Source: a virus (lineage: Duplodnaviria > Caudoviricetes). From it: 53,849 nucleotides of DNA. The stretch's first letter is position 1. Every line of letters starts with the position of its first letter. A program made the position numbers and the translations under genes. Location: IMG/VR virus record IMGVR_UViG_3300047457_000833, positions 1-53,849 of that record; one strand, given 5' to 3'. Of the stretch, positions 28,521 to 37,926 are shown piece by piece. The notes beneath the pieces are model-generated. The model ran no database searches. It was not told the origin of the DNA and worked only from the letters and a program-made list of their open reading frames with translations.

Positions 28521-29791
28521 CAAACCCCAACGTCGCTAAAGACCTCGAGAGTCTGCTGATCCCCATCGACAACCTCAAACTCCTCGACAAAAACCCACGC
28601 AAAGGCTCAGTCGACGCCGTCATCGCCTCCTACCAACAGTTCGGCCAAATGAAGCCCATCGTCGCGCGCCTCGACAAGAAACAGATCGACGGCAAACCGA
28701 CAGGCACAGTCATCGCAGGCAACCATCAACTCCTCGCAGCACGCAAACTCGGCTGGACGCACATCGCCGTCGTATTCACAGACGCCGACCTCAAAACCGC
28801 CAAAGCATTCGCGCTCGCCGACAACCGAACCCACGACCTCGGAACCTACGACAAACAACTCCTCGTCGACCTCCTCAAAGACCTCGAAGGAGAACCCGAC
28901 CTACTCGCCGCCACAGGCTACGACGACAAAGCCATCAAGGTGCTGATCGCCGCCACAGGCGGCAACACCCCAACAGACGGCCTCACAGACCCAGAAAACG
29001 TCCCCGACATCCCCACCACACGCACCTCCACACTCGGCTCACTCTGGATACTCGGAAACCACCGTCTCATCTGCGGAGACTCAACCAACCCAGAAGTCTG
29101 GGAACGCCTCCTCGAAGGCACAAAAGCCGACATGTGCTTCACAGACCCTCCCTACAACGTCAACTACGGCAACACCCTCAAAGGCCAAAACGAAGCCTTC
29201 CACCGCACAATGGACGGCAAAGGCGAACGCCCAATCCTCAACGACAACCTCGGCGACGACTTCTACCCCTTCCTGCTGAACGCCTGCGAAAACATCGTCG
29301 AACACACCCTCGGCGGCTGCTACATCTGCATGTCCTCCAGCGAACTCCACACCCTCCAAGACGCATGGCAATCCGCAGGAGGCCACTGGTCAACCTTCAT
29401 CATCTGGGCCAAAAACACGTTCACACTCGGACGCTCCGACTACCAACGCCAATACGAAGCCATCCTCTACGGCTGGCCCGAGAAAGGCAAACGATACTTC
29501 GTCGACATCCGCAACGAATCAGACGTCTGGGAATACGACCGACCGCGCCGCAACGACCTCCACCCAACCATGAAACCCATACCCCTCGTCGAACGCGCCA
29601 TCGCTAACTCCAGCCTCCCCGACAACACAGTCGTCGACCCCTTCGGCGGCTCAGGAACAACCCTCATCGCTGCTGAAAGACTCGGACGACACGCACGCCT
29701 CATCGAACTCGACCCTGCCTACTGCGACACCATCGCCAAACGATGGGCAGAATTCACAGGCCAAACCCCAATCCACCACCCACCCAAATAA
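28517..29791 (+). CDS. ParB-N fused N4/N6 DNA methyltransferase
   Basis: NPRKG...IAGNH...ADNR ParB part; FTDPPYN, HPTMKP and DPFGGSGTT. Confidence 0.9.
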   Translation: MTNPNVAKDLESLLIPIDNLKLLDKNPRKGSVDAVIASYQQFGQMKPIVARLDKKQIDGKPTGTVIAGNHQLLAARKLGWTHIAVVFTDADLKTAKAFALADNRTHDLGTYDKQLLVDLLKDLEGEPDLLAATGYDDKAIKVLIAATGGNTPTDGLTDPENVPDIPTTRTSTLGSLWILGNHRLICGDSTNPEVWERLLEGTKADMCFTDPPYNVNYGNTLKGQNEAFHRTMDGKGERPILNDNLGDDFYPFLLNACENIVEHTLGGCYICMSSSELHTLQDAWQSAGGHWSTFIIWAKNTFTLGRSDYQRQYEAILYGWPEKGKRYFVDIRNESDVWEYDRPRRNDLHPTMKPIPLVERAIANSSLPDNTVVDPFGGSGTTLIAAERLGRHARLIELDPAYCDTIAKRWAEFTGQTPIHHPPK

Positions 29792-29794
29792 GCG

Positions 29795-30241
29795 ATGGCA
29801 CGCCCAACAAAACTCACTAAAGAGGTACAGGAACGCATCCTGCAAGCCGTCCAAGCAGGCAACTACCTCGACACAGCCGCCCAATACGCTGGAATCGACG
29901 CCTCCACGATGCGTCGATGGGTGGTGAAAGGCGAAGCACCGAACGCAGCCGAACCGTATCGCTCGTTTTGCACGGCCCTAAAAAGCGCGAGAGCGACCGC
30001 CGAAGTGCGCTCAGTTGCCCTCATCCAGTCCGCAGCATCGAACGGCACATGGCAGGCCGCAGCATGGTACTTGGAACGCTCCTACCCCGACAGATGGGGA
30101 CGAACCCGAGTCGAAGTTACAGGTGGCTCAGATGGTGAAACTCAACCAATCCGAGTGCAGGTGTCCGCCGAGGCACTTGAGGCTAAACTGCGCACACTTG
30201 CACTCAAGCAAGCCAAACGGGCAAAGGATGCCACCAGATGA
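29795..30241 (+). CDS. Terminase small subunit (HTH)
   Basis: RPTKLT, AAQYAGIDASTMRRW and WQAAAWYLER; upstream of terL. Confidence 0.75.
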   Translation: MARPTKLTKEVQERILQAVQAGNYLDTAAQYAGIDASTMRRWVVKGEAPNAAEPYRSFCTALKSARATAEVRSVALIQSAASNGTWQAAAWYLERSYPDRWGRTRVEVTGGSDGETQPIRVQVSAEALEAKLRTLALKQAKRAKDATR

Positions 30242-30729
30242 CGAACTATTTCTCACGGCTCCAAGCCCAAGAACTTGCGCTTGCTAAGAAAATATTTGAG
30301 GTGTCTCACGATGTCGGATTGACTGGAAGCCAAACAACATACTTTCAGATCAAGACCGTTACCACCGCGCCGATGATTCTGCACCTCGAAGTGTCGTCGT
30401 CCGACCAGCCTTGCAAGTTGACCGTCCTTGAGAATCCAACCGTCACGTTAGGGACGACCGCGATAACTCCGTACAACATGTATCGGCTGTCCACGAATCA
30501 GGCTGTGACGCTCTTTTATTCCAATCCGACGAGCATCTCGGGTGGAACGGCGATCAACACACACATCATCACGGCAGGCAAGGGAGGTAGCGCGGTATCT
30601 GCCGAAAGCGGTGTTTGGATTCTCAAGAAAAACACGTCTTACGTGCTGAAAGTGGAACAGTTGTCCAATCAGGCGACCACGATTGCTTTCAATATTGTGT
30701 TTGCCGAAGAGTACGGCTCGGCCCCGTGA
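30238..30729 (+). CDS. Hypothetical beta-rich protein
   Basis: ATGA coupling; 163 aa. Confidence 0.55.
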   Translation: MTNYFSRLQAQELALAKKIFEVSHDVGLTGSQTTYFQIKTVTTAPMILHLEVSSSDQPCKLTVLENPTVTLGTTAITPYNMYRLSTNQAVTLFYSNPTSISGGTAINTHIITAGKGGSAVSAESGVWILKKNTSYVLKVEQLSNQATTIAFNIVFAEEYGSAP

Positions 30730-30953
30730 ACCCTCTCTGGTCGTGGGTGCTTGCTTTGACGGCCCTCGTCGCTTTGACGTTGACCAATGGTCAACATCGC
30801 ACGGGCGGCTACGCGCTTCTCGTCATCAATCAGGTGATCTGGATCATCTATGCCACACGGACGCACCAATACGGCTTCTACCTCACAGCCACCTTCAACC
30901 TGCTGGCATTCGGCCTAGCGTGGGCCAAACAAATCGCCAGCATCGATGAATGA
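30726..30953 (+). CDS. Small three-TM membrane protein
   Basis: GTG start overlapping the upstream stop; WSWVLA...NQVIWIIYA...QYGF. Confidence 0.55.
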   Translation: MNPLWSWVLALTALVALTLTNGQHRTGGYALLVINQVIWIIYATRTHQYGFYLTATFNLLAFGLAWAKQIASIDE

Positions 30954-32572
30954 ACTCCGCGCACGTCCTTGACGAACTGTTGGCACTTCCAGCCAAGCAG
31001 CGCGCTGCAGTGCTCGAGCAACTGAAACCAGCCGAACTGGCCGCTTTATCGACGCTTGCTGATCAACATCTACTTAATCCATTCGCGCGTTTTGAGGACG
31101 ACCCTGTCGGCTTCGTGGAGCACGGCCTAAACGAACGACTCTGGTCACGCCAACGAGAAATCCTCGAATCCGTCCGCGACAATAAACGCACCGCCGTCCC
31201 TGCGTCACACGCCAATGGCAAATCCCATCTCGCGGCTCGAGCCATCGCATGGTGGATTAGCGTCCACCCTGTAGGCACAGCGATGGCGGTCACAACCGCC
31301 ACCACGTTCCGTCAGGTGCGTGCTGTTCTCTGGTCACACGTCCGCCGCGTCCATCAAAGACACGGACTGATCGGCCACACAACCCAAATCGAGTGGCGCA
31401 TCGACAACGAACTGGTCGCCTACGGCTTCTCCCCTCGAGACACCGATGAAACCGCCGTTCAAGGAATCCACGCACCGCACCTGCTCGTCGTCGTCGACGA
31501 GGCAGGCGGCATCTCAAACGTCCTCGGCAACGCCCTCGAATCAATTATGACTGGAGGCCACACCCGTCTCCTCGCTATCGGCAACCCACCAACAGACGTC
31601 GAGGACTCATGGTTCGAGCGCGCCTGCCACAGCGATCTCTGGACAACCATCCCGATCTCCGTCTACGACACACCGAACTTCACAGGCGAGGACGCAGGAA
31701 CATGCCTCTCCTGCCCACCTGAAGTTGCGCCACACGACATCAAAACACACCTCGTCGACGAATCATGGGTCAACGACGTGCTTGCTGAATTCGGCGAAAC
31801 ATCCGCCTTTGTCGAAGCCCGTGTCCACGCACGATTCCCACGCTCAGCCCCAAACAAGGTGCTACCCCTCTCATGGATCGAAGCCGCCGCCGACAACGAC
31901 GACCCCGTCCAGTCAAACGAAATCAGGCTCGGCGTCGACATCGCCGCCGATGGAGGGGATGAATTCGTTATCGCTCGAGCAGACGGCATGATCGTCACGA
32001 TCCGCCACAAATCGTCAGGTTCCGCCAATCAGAACGCTGTCGATGTCGCAGGCGTCGTGCTGAACCATATTCGTGAAGCCGAACGAGACCGCCTCGAGCG
32101 ACGCATCAACCAGCCAGTGCGCGTCAAAATCGATACCATCGGCGTCGGATGGGGTGTCGTGAGCATCCTGCAACGCTGGAAAGACGAGCAGATGCACGAC
32201 AGTCTGGTGATCCCCGTCAACGTGGCCGAACGAGCCGCCGAAGCCGCCAAGTTCGCAAACCAGCGCGCAGAAATGTGGTGGAACATGCGCACGCTTGTGC
32301 AAGCCCACCAGACACAGTCAGGTGTCCCTCAGATCGACCTGAAACTCGATCTTGACCGTCGCACCATTGCCCAGTTGTCTGCACCGCAATACAAATCAGA
32401 CTCGTCGGGTCGCATCAAAATCGAGTCAAAGGTCGACATGAAGCGGCGTGGAACATCATCGCCTGACCGTGCTGAAGCCGTCTTGCTGGCCCTCTACGAG
32501 CCACCAAACTCAGGAATCAACCCTGTGGTCGCACCAATCGTGCTCGACCAGTCGAACCCGTTTAGTTTCTAG
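30950..32572 (+). CDS. terL: Terminase large subunit
   Basis: SHANGKS Walker A, VVVDEAG Walker B, IGNP, GVDIA, IDTIGVG, SPDRAEA. Confidence 0.92.
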   Translation: MNSAHVLDELLALPAKQRAAVLEQLKPAELAALSTLADQHLLNPFARFEDDPVGFVEHGLNERLWSRQREILESVRDNKRTAVPASHANGKSHLAARAIAWWISVHPVGTAMAVTTATTFRQVRAVLWSHVRRVHQRHGLIGHTTQIEWRIDNELVAYGFSPRDTDETAVQGIHAPHLLVVVDEAGGISNVLGNALESIMTGGHTRLLAIGNPPTDVEDSWFERACHSDLWTTIPISVYDTPNFTGEDAGTCLSCPPEVAPHDIKTHLVDESWVNDVLAEFGETSAFVEARVHARFPRSAPNKVLPLSWIEAAADNDDPVQSNEIRLGVDIAADGGDEFVIARADGMIVTIRHKSSGSANQNAVDVAGVVLNHIREAERDRLERRINQPVRVKIDTIGVGWGVVSILQRWKDEQMHDSLVIPVNVAERAAEAAKFANQRAEMWWNMRTLVQAHQTQSGVPQIDLKLDLDRRTIAQLSAPQYKSDSSGRIKIESKVDMKRRGTSSPDRAEAVLLALYEPPNSGINPVVAPIVLDQSNPFSF

Positions 32573-33549
32573 AACTTCTCTTTGCCGATACCGAACTCGT
32601 CGGTGAACGCGTTCGCCACCTGCAACGCTTCCGAGATCGTCATGTCGACACGCACGACTTTGACGTTAAGGTCGCCCAGACCGTCCTTCGAGTCTGCGCC
32701 GACTGCGGCAGCCCAACGGTGATGGCCGTCAATCACATAATTGTCTTTTGACACGTAGATCGTGCCTGAGTCCCACTTCTTGGAGTCCATGATGCCTGCG
32801 ACCTTGTCGCTCTTCAGTTCGGCCTGCGACGCTTTGAGGCTGGCAGCAGGAACCTTTTCTTCGGTTACTTTCACGCCTTCGCCTTTGAGGAACTTGAGGA
32901 ACGCTGGCCCTGCGTCAACCTGACCCTTGTCGTCGGCGATCTTCGCCGCTTCGCTGCCTTCGCGTGCTGTTCCCGACAACTGTGGCATCTCAGCGCGAGG
33001 AAGTGGCTTGCCGTCCGCGTCGGCGAGTGACTGACCGCAGAACACGTTCGTGCCTTTCACTGACACGTTGCAAAGGTTGATGCGCACCTTCTCGCCGCGC
33101 TCCTTCGCTTCATTGACCATTTTGTGTAGTTCTTTGAGAAGCGTGTTCACTTGCTTCTCGTCCTCGAGTTCAACGACCTCACCCTTCGCCATCCGTTTGA
33201 TCGCCTCTTCGACCGTCTTGACGCGGATCGGCTCAGGCCGCTTCACAAGCATCGCCTTTGCTGATCGTTTGCCCGACTTCAAATCACGCACGATGCCCGA
33301 CGCCTGCGACTCGGTTCCAACACCTGAGGCGTCAACCCACTGATTCCCTCTAAATGGATGACCTTCGTAGTCGCCCTTGCGCAAGGCCTGCGCCTTCAAC
33401 ATCGCGGAAGCAAGCGCGCGGCGTGCTGAAACTGACGAACCCTCGACACCTTTGCGCTCGATCTCTTTGCGAACGATTCCCCATGTCGGGTCGTCAAGCG
33501 TCGAGTACGGTCGCAGCGAATCAACAATTCTTAGTTCGTGTTCAAACAC
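32569..33549 (-). CDS. GHPFRGNQW-tagged protein with C-terminal ParB/Srx-like domain
   Basis: KGDYEGHPFRGNQWVDASG near aa 58; LKASQAE...IYVSKDNYVIDGHHRWAA. Confidence 0.8.
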   Translation of the reverse strand: MFEHELRIVDSLRPYSTLDDPTWGIVRKEIERKGVEGSSVSARRALASAMLKAQALRKGDYEGHPFRGNQWVDASGVGTESQASGIVRDLKSGKRSAKAMLVKRPEPIRVKTVEEAIKRMAKGEVVELEDEKQVNTLLKELHKMVNEAKERGEKVRINLCNVSVKGTNVFCGQSLADADGKPLPRAEMPQLSGTAREGSEAAKIADDKGQVDAGPAFLKFLKGEGVKVTEEKVPAASLKASQAELKSDKVAGIMDSKKWDSGTIYVSKDNYVIDGHHRWAAAVGADSKDGLGDLNVKVVRVDMTISEALQVANAFTDEFGIGKEKF

Positions 33550-33618
33550 GCCCCAGAGTGTAACGCATCAACTAGGTGCGGTGGATGAGGCGAGGGGTGG
33601 CCCCATCCACCGCATGAT

Positions 33619-33885
33619 CTAGATGGTTTGCTGATCGCTCGAGCGTCGAAGGCTGCGCATCCTGCGCACGAACTCGTCGCGCGCGGTCTCGGACGGCAGA
33701 GGCCTGCTCACGTTTTGCAGAAGCCAGAACGACAAGCCGATCAACCCGATGAACGCAGGGATGGATGGAGCCTTGTCGGTTCCTGCTCCCTCAAGTCCGC
33801 CTCCGCACCACAGCGCACCGAAGAAGCAGGCGGCCAGCACCTTGATTTTGGCTTGACGCCACTTGCGATGGTTGACGACTCTCAC
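33619..33885 (-). CDS. Two-TM membrane protein
   Basis: Two hydrophobic segments; GAGGAGG RBS; overlaps the upstream stop. Confidence 0.55.
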   Translation of the reverse strand: MRVVNHRKWRQAKIKVLAACFFGALWCGGGLEGAGTDKAPSIPAFIGLIGLSFWLLQNVSRPLPSETARDEFVRRMRSLRRSSDQQTI

Positions 33886-34565
33886 GAGTGCACCTCCTCA
33901 CGCTGGTCGGCTGCCCTGTCGGCGTTCGGGTCGCGCACCTCGAAGCGTGCTGATCCGATCCTGCGGAACCTGTCTGGGCGTTCGTTGACCTGCCTGCGGA
34001 TGAGCGCAGCGTTGATGCCCAACGATTCGGCCAGTTCGCTCACTTTGAATTCGGCGTACAGGTTGGCGTCCGCCCACACGTGCAACGCTTCCGTTCCGTC
34101 GAGAGGGTATTCGCTCAACTTGTCGGGTCGGTAGTCGTGGTAGGCCTCGCGCATCGGTTCGCCTCCCCAGACCGCAGCCGAGCCGTCGCGGTTCCATTTG
34201 ATGAACCTGTATTTCGCCTTCGGCTGGCTTCGATGGTAAAGCGTCTGCCCTTCCTGCCAGTGGGTGGGTGTCGGCTTGTCGTCGTGGACGGCTGCGACGA
34301 ACTGCGGAGCCTCGACGATGGCTTTGACCTGCTCGAGTGCCTCCTTGACGGCTTCTGGGCTTGGCCCTCGCCTCTCTGCTGATCCTTCGTCTCGAGCCTG
34401 AATCTTGGCGTCGAGCCGTCCCGAGGCGAGCCTCGCTTCGTGTCGCATGGCAGCGCGTCGCGCCACCGAGCCGTTCGCGTAGTGCATGGCCTCAGCGACG
34501 GCAGCCCATGTCTGGCCTGCCTCGTGCGCCTCCCACGCCTGCCTGTCTGTGTCCAATGTGCTCAT
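33882..34565 (-). CDS. HTH-containing hypothetical protein
   Basis: AAGGAG RBS before ATG 34565; N-terminal TWAAVAEAMHYANGSVARRA and C-terminal VSELAESLGI HTH-like segments. Confidence 0.65.
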   Translation of the reverse strand: MSTLDTDRQAWEAHEAGQTWAAVAEAMHYANGSVARRAAMRHEARLASGRLDAKIQARDEGSAERRGPSPEAVKEALEQVKAIVEAPQFVAAVHDDKPTPTHWQEGQTLYHRSQPKAKYRFIKWNRDGSAAVWGGEPMREAYHDYRPDKLSEYPLDGTEALHVWADANLYAEFKVSELAESLGINAALIRRQVNERPDRFRRIGSARFEVRDPNADRAADQREEVHS

Positions 34566-34592
34566 GGGTCTCCTTCCCCGTAGGTAGGAACG

Positions 34593-34621
34593 ACAATAGG
34601 ACACAACTAAACCCGAGTCAA
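34593..34621 (-). promoter_or_regulatory. Putative leftward promoter
   Basis: On minus strand TTGACT-17 bp-TATTGT, ~28 nt upstream of ATG 34565. Confidence 0.55.
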
Positions 34622-34671
34622 GCACCGAAAGACCGCGAAAAGACGCCATCTCACGGCACTCCTACCCTAAG

Positions 34672-34929
34672 ATGCTGATCGTGGCCGACAAACCCGACCC
34701 CATCGAAGCCGAGGCACGCACCATCGCTTCCTACGCCTTCTGCCCTGCCGTCGTCGTCGTCCCCACCGCCGAAGGCGCAGCCGTTGTTGGCCCGTTTGCC
34801 GATCAAACCGCCGCATGGGTGTGGATCGACCACTATGAGGCGTTCCTGCCCAAAACAGGCGTTGTCGCCGTCACACCCCTCGACCCCAAAACCGCGATCC
34901 AAGACCTCGTCGATGAAGGACTGCTCTAA
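34672..34929 (+). CDS. Hypothetical protein
   Basis: 85-aa ORF, VVGPF...AAW pattern. Confidence 0.45.
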   Translation: MLIVADKPDPIEAEARTIASYAFCPAVVVVPTAEGAAVVGPFADQTAAWVWIDHYEAFLPKTGVVAVTPLDPKTAIQDLVDEGLL

Positions 34930-34933
34930 ATCC

Positions 34934-34963
34934 TTGACTCACCGCCCAACTACGGTTTAGTGT
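34934..34963 (+). promoter_or_regulatory. Putative rightward promoter
   Basis: TTGACT-18 bp-TAGTGT, then AAGGAG RBS and ATG 34990. Confidence 0.5.
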
Positions 34964-34989
34964 CAACAGTCCGAGAGAAGGAGAACCCA

Positions 34990-35163
34990 ATGCCATACCA
35001 ACCCGTCCCACCACGCGAGTACATCTACATGGCCCCAGAAGGCGAATGCACCTACTGCGACCGCGCCCGAGCGACTGGTGATCAGATGATGCCGTCCCAC
35101 ACAGCGTCAGTCACCTGCCAGTCGGGCAGCCACAACCACTGCACCTGCGACCGCTGCTACTAG
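34990..35163 (+). CDS. Small Cys/His-rich protein
   Basis: CTYC...PSH...C-SG...HCTCDRCY; AAGGAG RBS. Confidence 0.6.
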   Translation: MPYQPVPPREYIYMAPEGECTYCDRARATGDQMMPSHTASVTCQSGSHNHCTCDRCY

Positions 35164-35171
35164 GAGGAACC

Positions 35172-35384
35172 GTGAACTCAAACCATCCAGTATTCGGATG
35201 GCGAGCGTCGCTGGCCCCGTGCCCACGCTGCGGCGAACGCTACGACCAGTCTCGGCCAGCCATATCCAGAACCGACGACGAAACCTCAGTCTGCTCCGAC
35301 TGCGGTCAGGAGGAAGCCATCGAGTGCTGGCTGTCCCGTCTGACACCGCAAACCGAGTGGCACATCAACGAGGTGAAATCGTGA
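35172..35384 (+). CDS. Small Zn-ribbon protein
   Basis: CPRC...PAISRTDDETSVCSDCGQEEA; AGGAGG RBS. Confidence 0.6.
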   Translation: MNSNHPVFGWRASLAPCPRCGERYDQSRPAISRTDDETSVCSDCGQEEAIECWLSRLTPQTEWHINEVKS

Positions 35385-35450
35385 CGCTGCTCTGCCTCTG
35401 CCGAATCCCGTTCCTGTGGACACAGAACCCGATCTGTGGGGAGACTGACG

Positions 35451-35852
35451 ATGACGAATAGCCCCAACCCCATCGAAGCCGACCGCGACAGATGGCAGAC
35501 ACTCGCGCTGAAAGCCGCAGACGTCCTACCGTGCTTCTGTGCGCTCAACTCGGTGCGCAAATGCGTCCGATGCCAAATCAACGACGCACAGGCAGGCAAC
35601 TTCACATTCCGCAACACGATGACCACCCAAGAACTCATCGACTGCCTTCTCCGCGCCGATCAATTCACAACCCACTCTCGAGCGATCTTCATCAAAGACG
35701 CCGCCGACAGGCTCCAACAACTCGACACCGAATCAACGAAATGGCGCAACGTCGCAGGAATAATGCACGAAGCATTCCTCGACCAAGACGAAGAAGTCCT
35801 TCTGACCGCCTACCACGAAGCCTGCCAACCAGAAACAGAGGTGAACCCGTGA
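35451..35852 (+). CDS. Hypothetical protein
   Basis: GGAG RBS; CFC...CVRC. Confidence 0.5.
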   Translation: MTNSPNPIEADRDRWQTLALKAADVLPCFCALNSVRKCVRCQINDAQAGNFTFRNTMTTQELIDCLLRADQFTTHSRAIFIKDAADRLQQLDTESTKWRNVAGIMHEAFLDQDEEVLLTAYHEACQPETEVNP

Positions 35853-36067
35853 GCATCCACCAAGACACACTCGAACCCCGATTCATCACGATCATGGCCG
35901 ACTACGACGGCTTCGCCCGATGGGTGGCCGAAGTCCGCAACGCCGACACAGGCAACGTCGCGCTCGAGGTGCTGATCGTCCTCGAAGAAGATGGGAGCAT
36001 CGCGCTCGCCACACGCCCGAGCAGCGACTGCACATGGTCGCCACCCATCATGGCTATCCGACGCTAA
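35849..36067 (+). CDS. Hypothetical protein
   Basis: GAGGTG RBS; GTGA coupling. Confidence 0.5.
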   Translation: MSIHQDTLEPRFITIMADYDGFARWVAEVRNADTGNVALEVLIVLEEDGSIALATRPSSDCTWSPPIMAIRR

Positions 36068-36091
36068 AACGCGGTGCGCTAACATGGCTGC

Positions 36092-36256
36092 GTGCTCCAC
36101 CGCGACCAACCCCTGTCACCCATGCAATTGGCGGCCTTCTCGCTGCACGAACTGTTCACGACGCTTCAGGAGGCTGGATTCTCCGAAGAACAGTCGCTGG
36201 TGCTGATCGGCAACCTCATGGAGAAAACGGCGCATGGGAATCCACGCAACAGTTAA
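36092..36256 (+). CDS. Small helical protein (54 aa, absent from the ORF track)
   Basis: LSPMQLAAFSLHELFTTLQEAGFSEEQSLVLI, a pattern common in small phage proteins. Confidence 0.5.
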   Translation: MLHRDQPLSPMQLAAFSLHELFTTLQEAGFSEEQSLVLIGNLMEKTAHGNPRNS

Positions 36257-36515
36257 CGACCTGCAACCACTCGACATCGTCAAAGTTGTGTGGGAGGACG
36301 CCCACAACCTAGAGGATGGATGGAAAACCCTTGCTGATCTCACCGAAGAAGCGATCTCGTGCCGCATCGAGACCGTTGGCTTCTGGTTGATGCAAACGAA
36401 CGCGTTCGCGGTTCTCTGCTCCGATGTCGACCGTTCAAGTGAGCCAGTACACTTCCACACGGTGCTCACCATCCCGTTGCACTGCATCATCGAAATTGAG
36501 CGACTAAATGGCTAA
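36234..36515 (+). CDS. Hypothetical phage protein
   Basis: VKVVWEDAH...GW...TVGF...IPLHCI; GGAG RBS. Confidence 0.6.
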   Translation: MGIHATVNDLQPLDIVKVVWEDAHNLEDGWKTLADLTEEAISCRIETVGFWLMQTNAFAVLCSDVDRSSEPVHFHTVLTIPLHCIIEIERLNG

Positions 36516-37926
36516 AACAGACGGCTACGACTTTCAGGAGATCGGCTCCTCAGGACTCAAACGAGTCGCTGGTTTCATTGACGACGAAATCGTAAATTCG
36601 TTACGCGGCCTACAAGGCGCGAAAACCTATCGTGAGATGGCCGACAACGATCCCGTCATCGGCGCGATGCTTTACGCCATCGAGCGACTCATCATCCAAA
36701 TTGACTGGCGTGTCGAGCCATTCAGGGACGAAAACGACGAGACGACGAAGAAAGACGAAGAGATCGCCCAATTCGTTGAATCATGCCTGTACGACATGTC
36801 GGACTCATGGGAATCCACCCTCTCAAACCTCCTCACATTCCTCACCTACGGGTACGCATACTGCGAAATCGTCTACAAACGCCGCCTCGGACGCGACCAA
36901 GACGACCCGACGAAACGCTCCCAATTCGACGACGGACGGATCGGCTGGCGCAAGATCGCGCTCCGCGCCCAAGAAACCACATGGGAGTGGATGCTCGACG
37001 AAAAAGGCGGCATTCAAGGCCTCAAGCAGTTAGACCCATCAGTCGGGCCACTCGTAGAAATCCCCATTGAGAAGGCTCTGCTGTTCCGCGCCTCCACCGC
37101 CCGAAACAACCCCGAAGGACGCAGCATCCTCCGCAACGCATACCGCGCATGGCGATTCAAAAAGACCATCGAGGAAATCGAAGCCATCGGCATGGAACGC
37201 GACCTCGCAGGTATGCCCGTCGCCTATGTCCCTCCGTCAATGTTGTCGTCTGCCGCCACAAACGCCGAAGTTTCGGCCCGTTCCGCTATCGAGAACCTTG
37301 TGCGCGGCATCAAACGAAACGAGAACGAAGGAATCCTGTTCCCTCTCGCCTACGATTCCGAGGGCCGTCAAACCTACAAACTGGAACTGCTGAACGCTGG
37401 CGGCAACCGCCAATTCGACACCGACAAAATCATCACGCGCTACGACCAGCGCATCGCAATGACCGTGCTCGCCGACTTCATCCTGCTCGGCCACGCCAAC
37501 GTCGGATCGTTCGCGCTCGGCGCATCCAAAATCGATCTGTTCACGACCGCTATCGGCCAGATCGCACAGTCAATTGCTGAAACCTTCAACCAACACGCGC
37601 TCCCACGCCTCCTCAAACTGAACGGCATGGACACATCTCGAGCACCCGAACTGACGTTCGGCGAAATCACTCACGTCGACCTTGCACTGCTCGCCGACTT
37701 CATCCAGAAGGCGTCCGCAAGTGGCGCACTCATCATCGATCAGGGCATGGACGAGTACCTGCGCCTCATCTCGGGTCTCCCAGAGCGCGATCAAGAGTCT
37801 GCTGAAGGCGTGCCCCAAATGCCGAACAACGCCGCTTCTCAGCCACCTGCACCTCAACCTGCCGCCAAGCCAGAACCCAAACCTGAAGCCGATGCGCAGA
37901 CCGAAACACCGCCACAGCCGCAGTAA
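36508..37926 (+). CDS. Portal protein (Mu gp29/DUF935-like)
   Basis: EIGSSGL, YREMADNDP, NPEGRSILRNAYRAW, ERDLAGMP, GSFALG. Confidence 0.88.
   Translation: MAKTDGYDFQEIGSSGLKRVAGFIDDEIVNSLRGLQGAKTYREMADNDPVIGAMLYAIERLIIQIDWRVEPFRDENDETTKKDEEIAQFVESCLYDMSDSWESTLSNLLTFLTYGYAYCEIVYKRRLGRDQDDPTKRSQFDDGRIGWRKIALRAQETTWEWMLDEKGGIQGLKQLDPSVGPLVEIPIEKALLFRASTARNNPEGRSILRNAYRAWRFKKTIEEIEAIGMERDLAGMPVAYVPPSMLSSAATNAEVSARSAIENLVRGIKRNENEGILFPLAYDSEGRQTYKLELLNAGGNRQFDTDKIITRYDQRIAMTVLADFILLGHANVGSFALGASKIDLFTTAIGQIAQSIAETFNQHALPRLLKLNGMDTSRAPELTFGEITHVDLALLADFIQKASASGALIIDQGMDEYLRLISGLPERDQESAEGVPQMPNNAASQPPAPQPAAKPEPKPEADAQTETPPQPQ

Noticed and set aside
27408-29884. Many Val/Gly-rich minus-strand ORFs
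   Set aside because: By-products of the C/A-rich plus strand, which already encodes well-supported genes
33577-33614. Hairpin TGCGGTGGATG...CATCCACCGCA as an intrinsic terminator
   Set aside because: The stem is real but has no U-tract on either strand, so function cannot be supported
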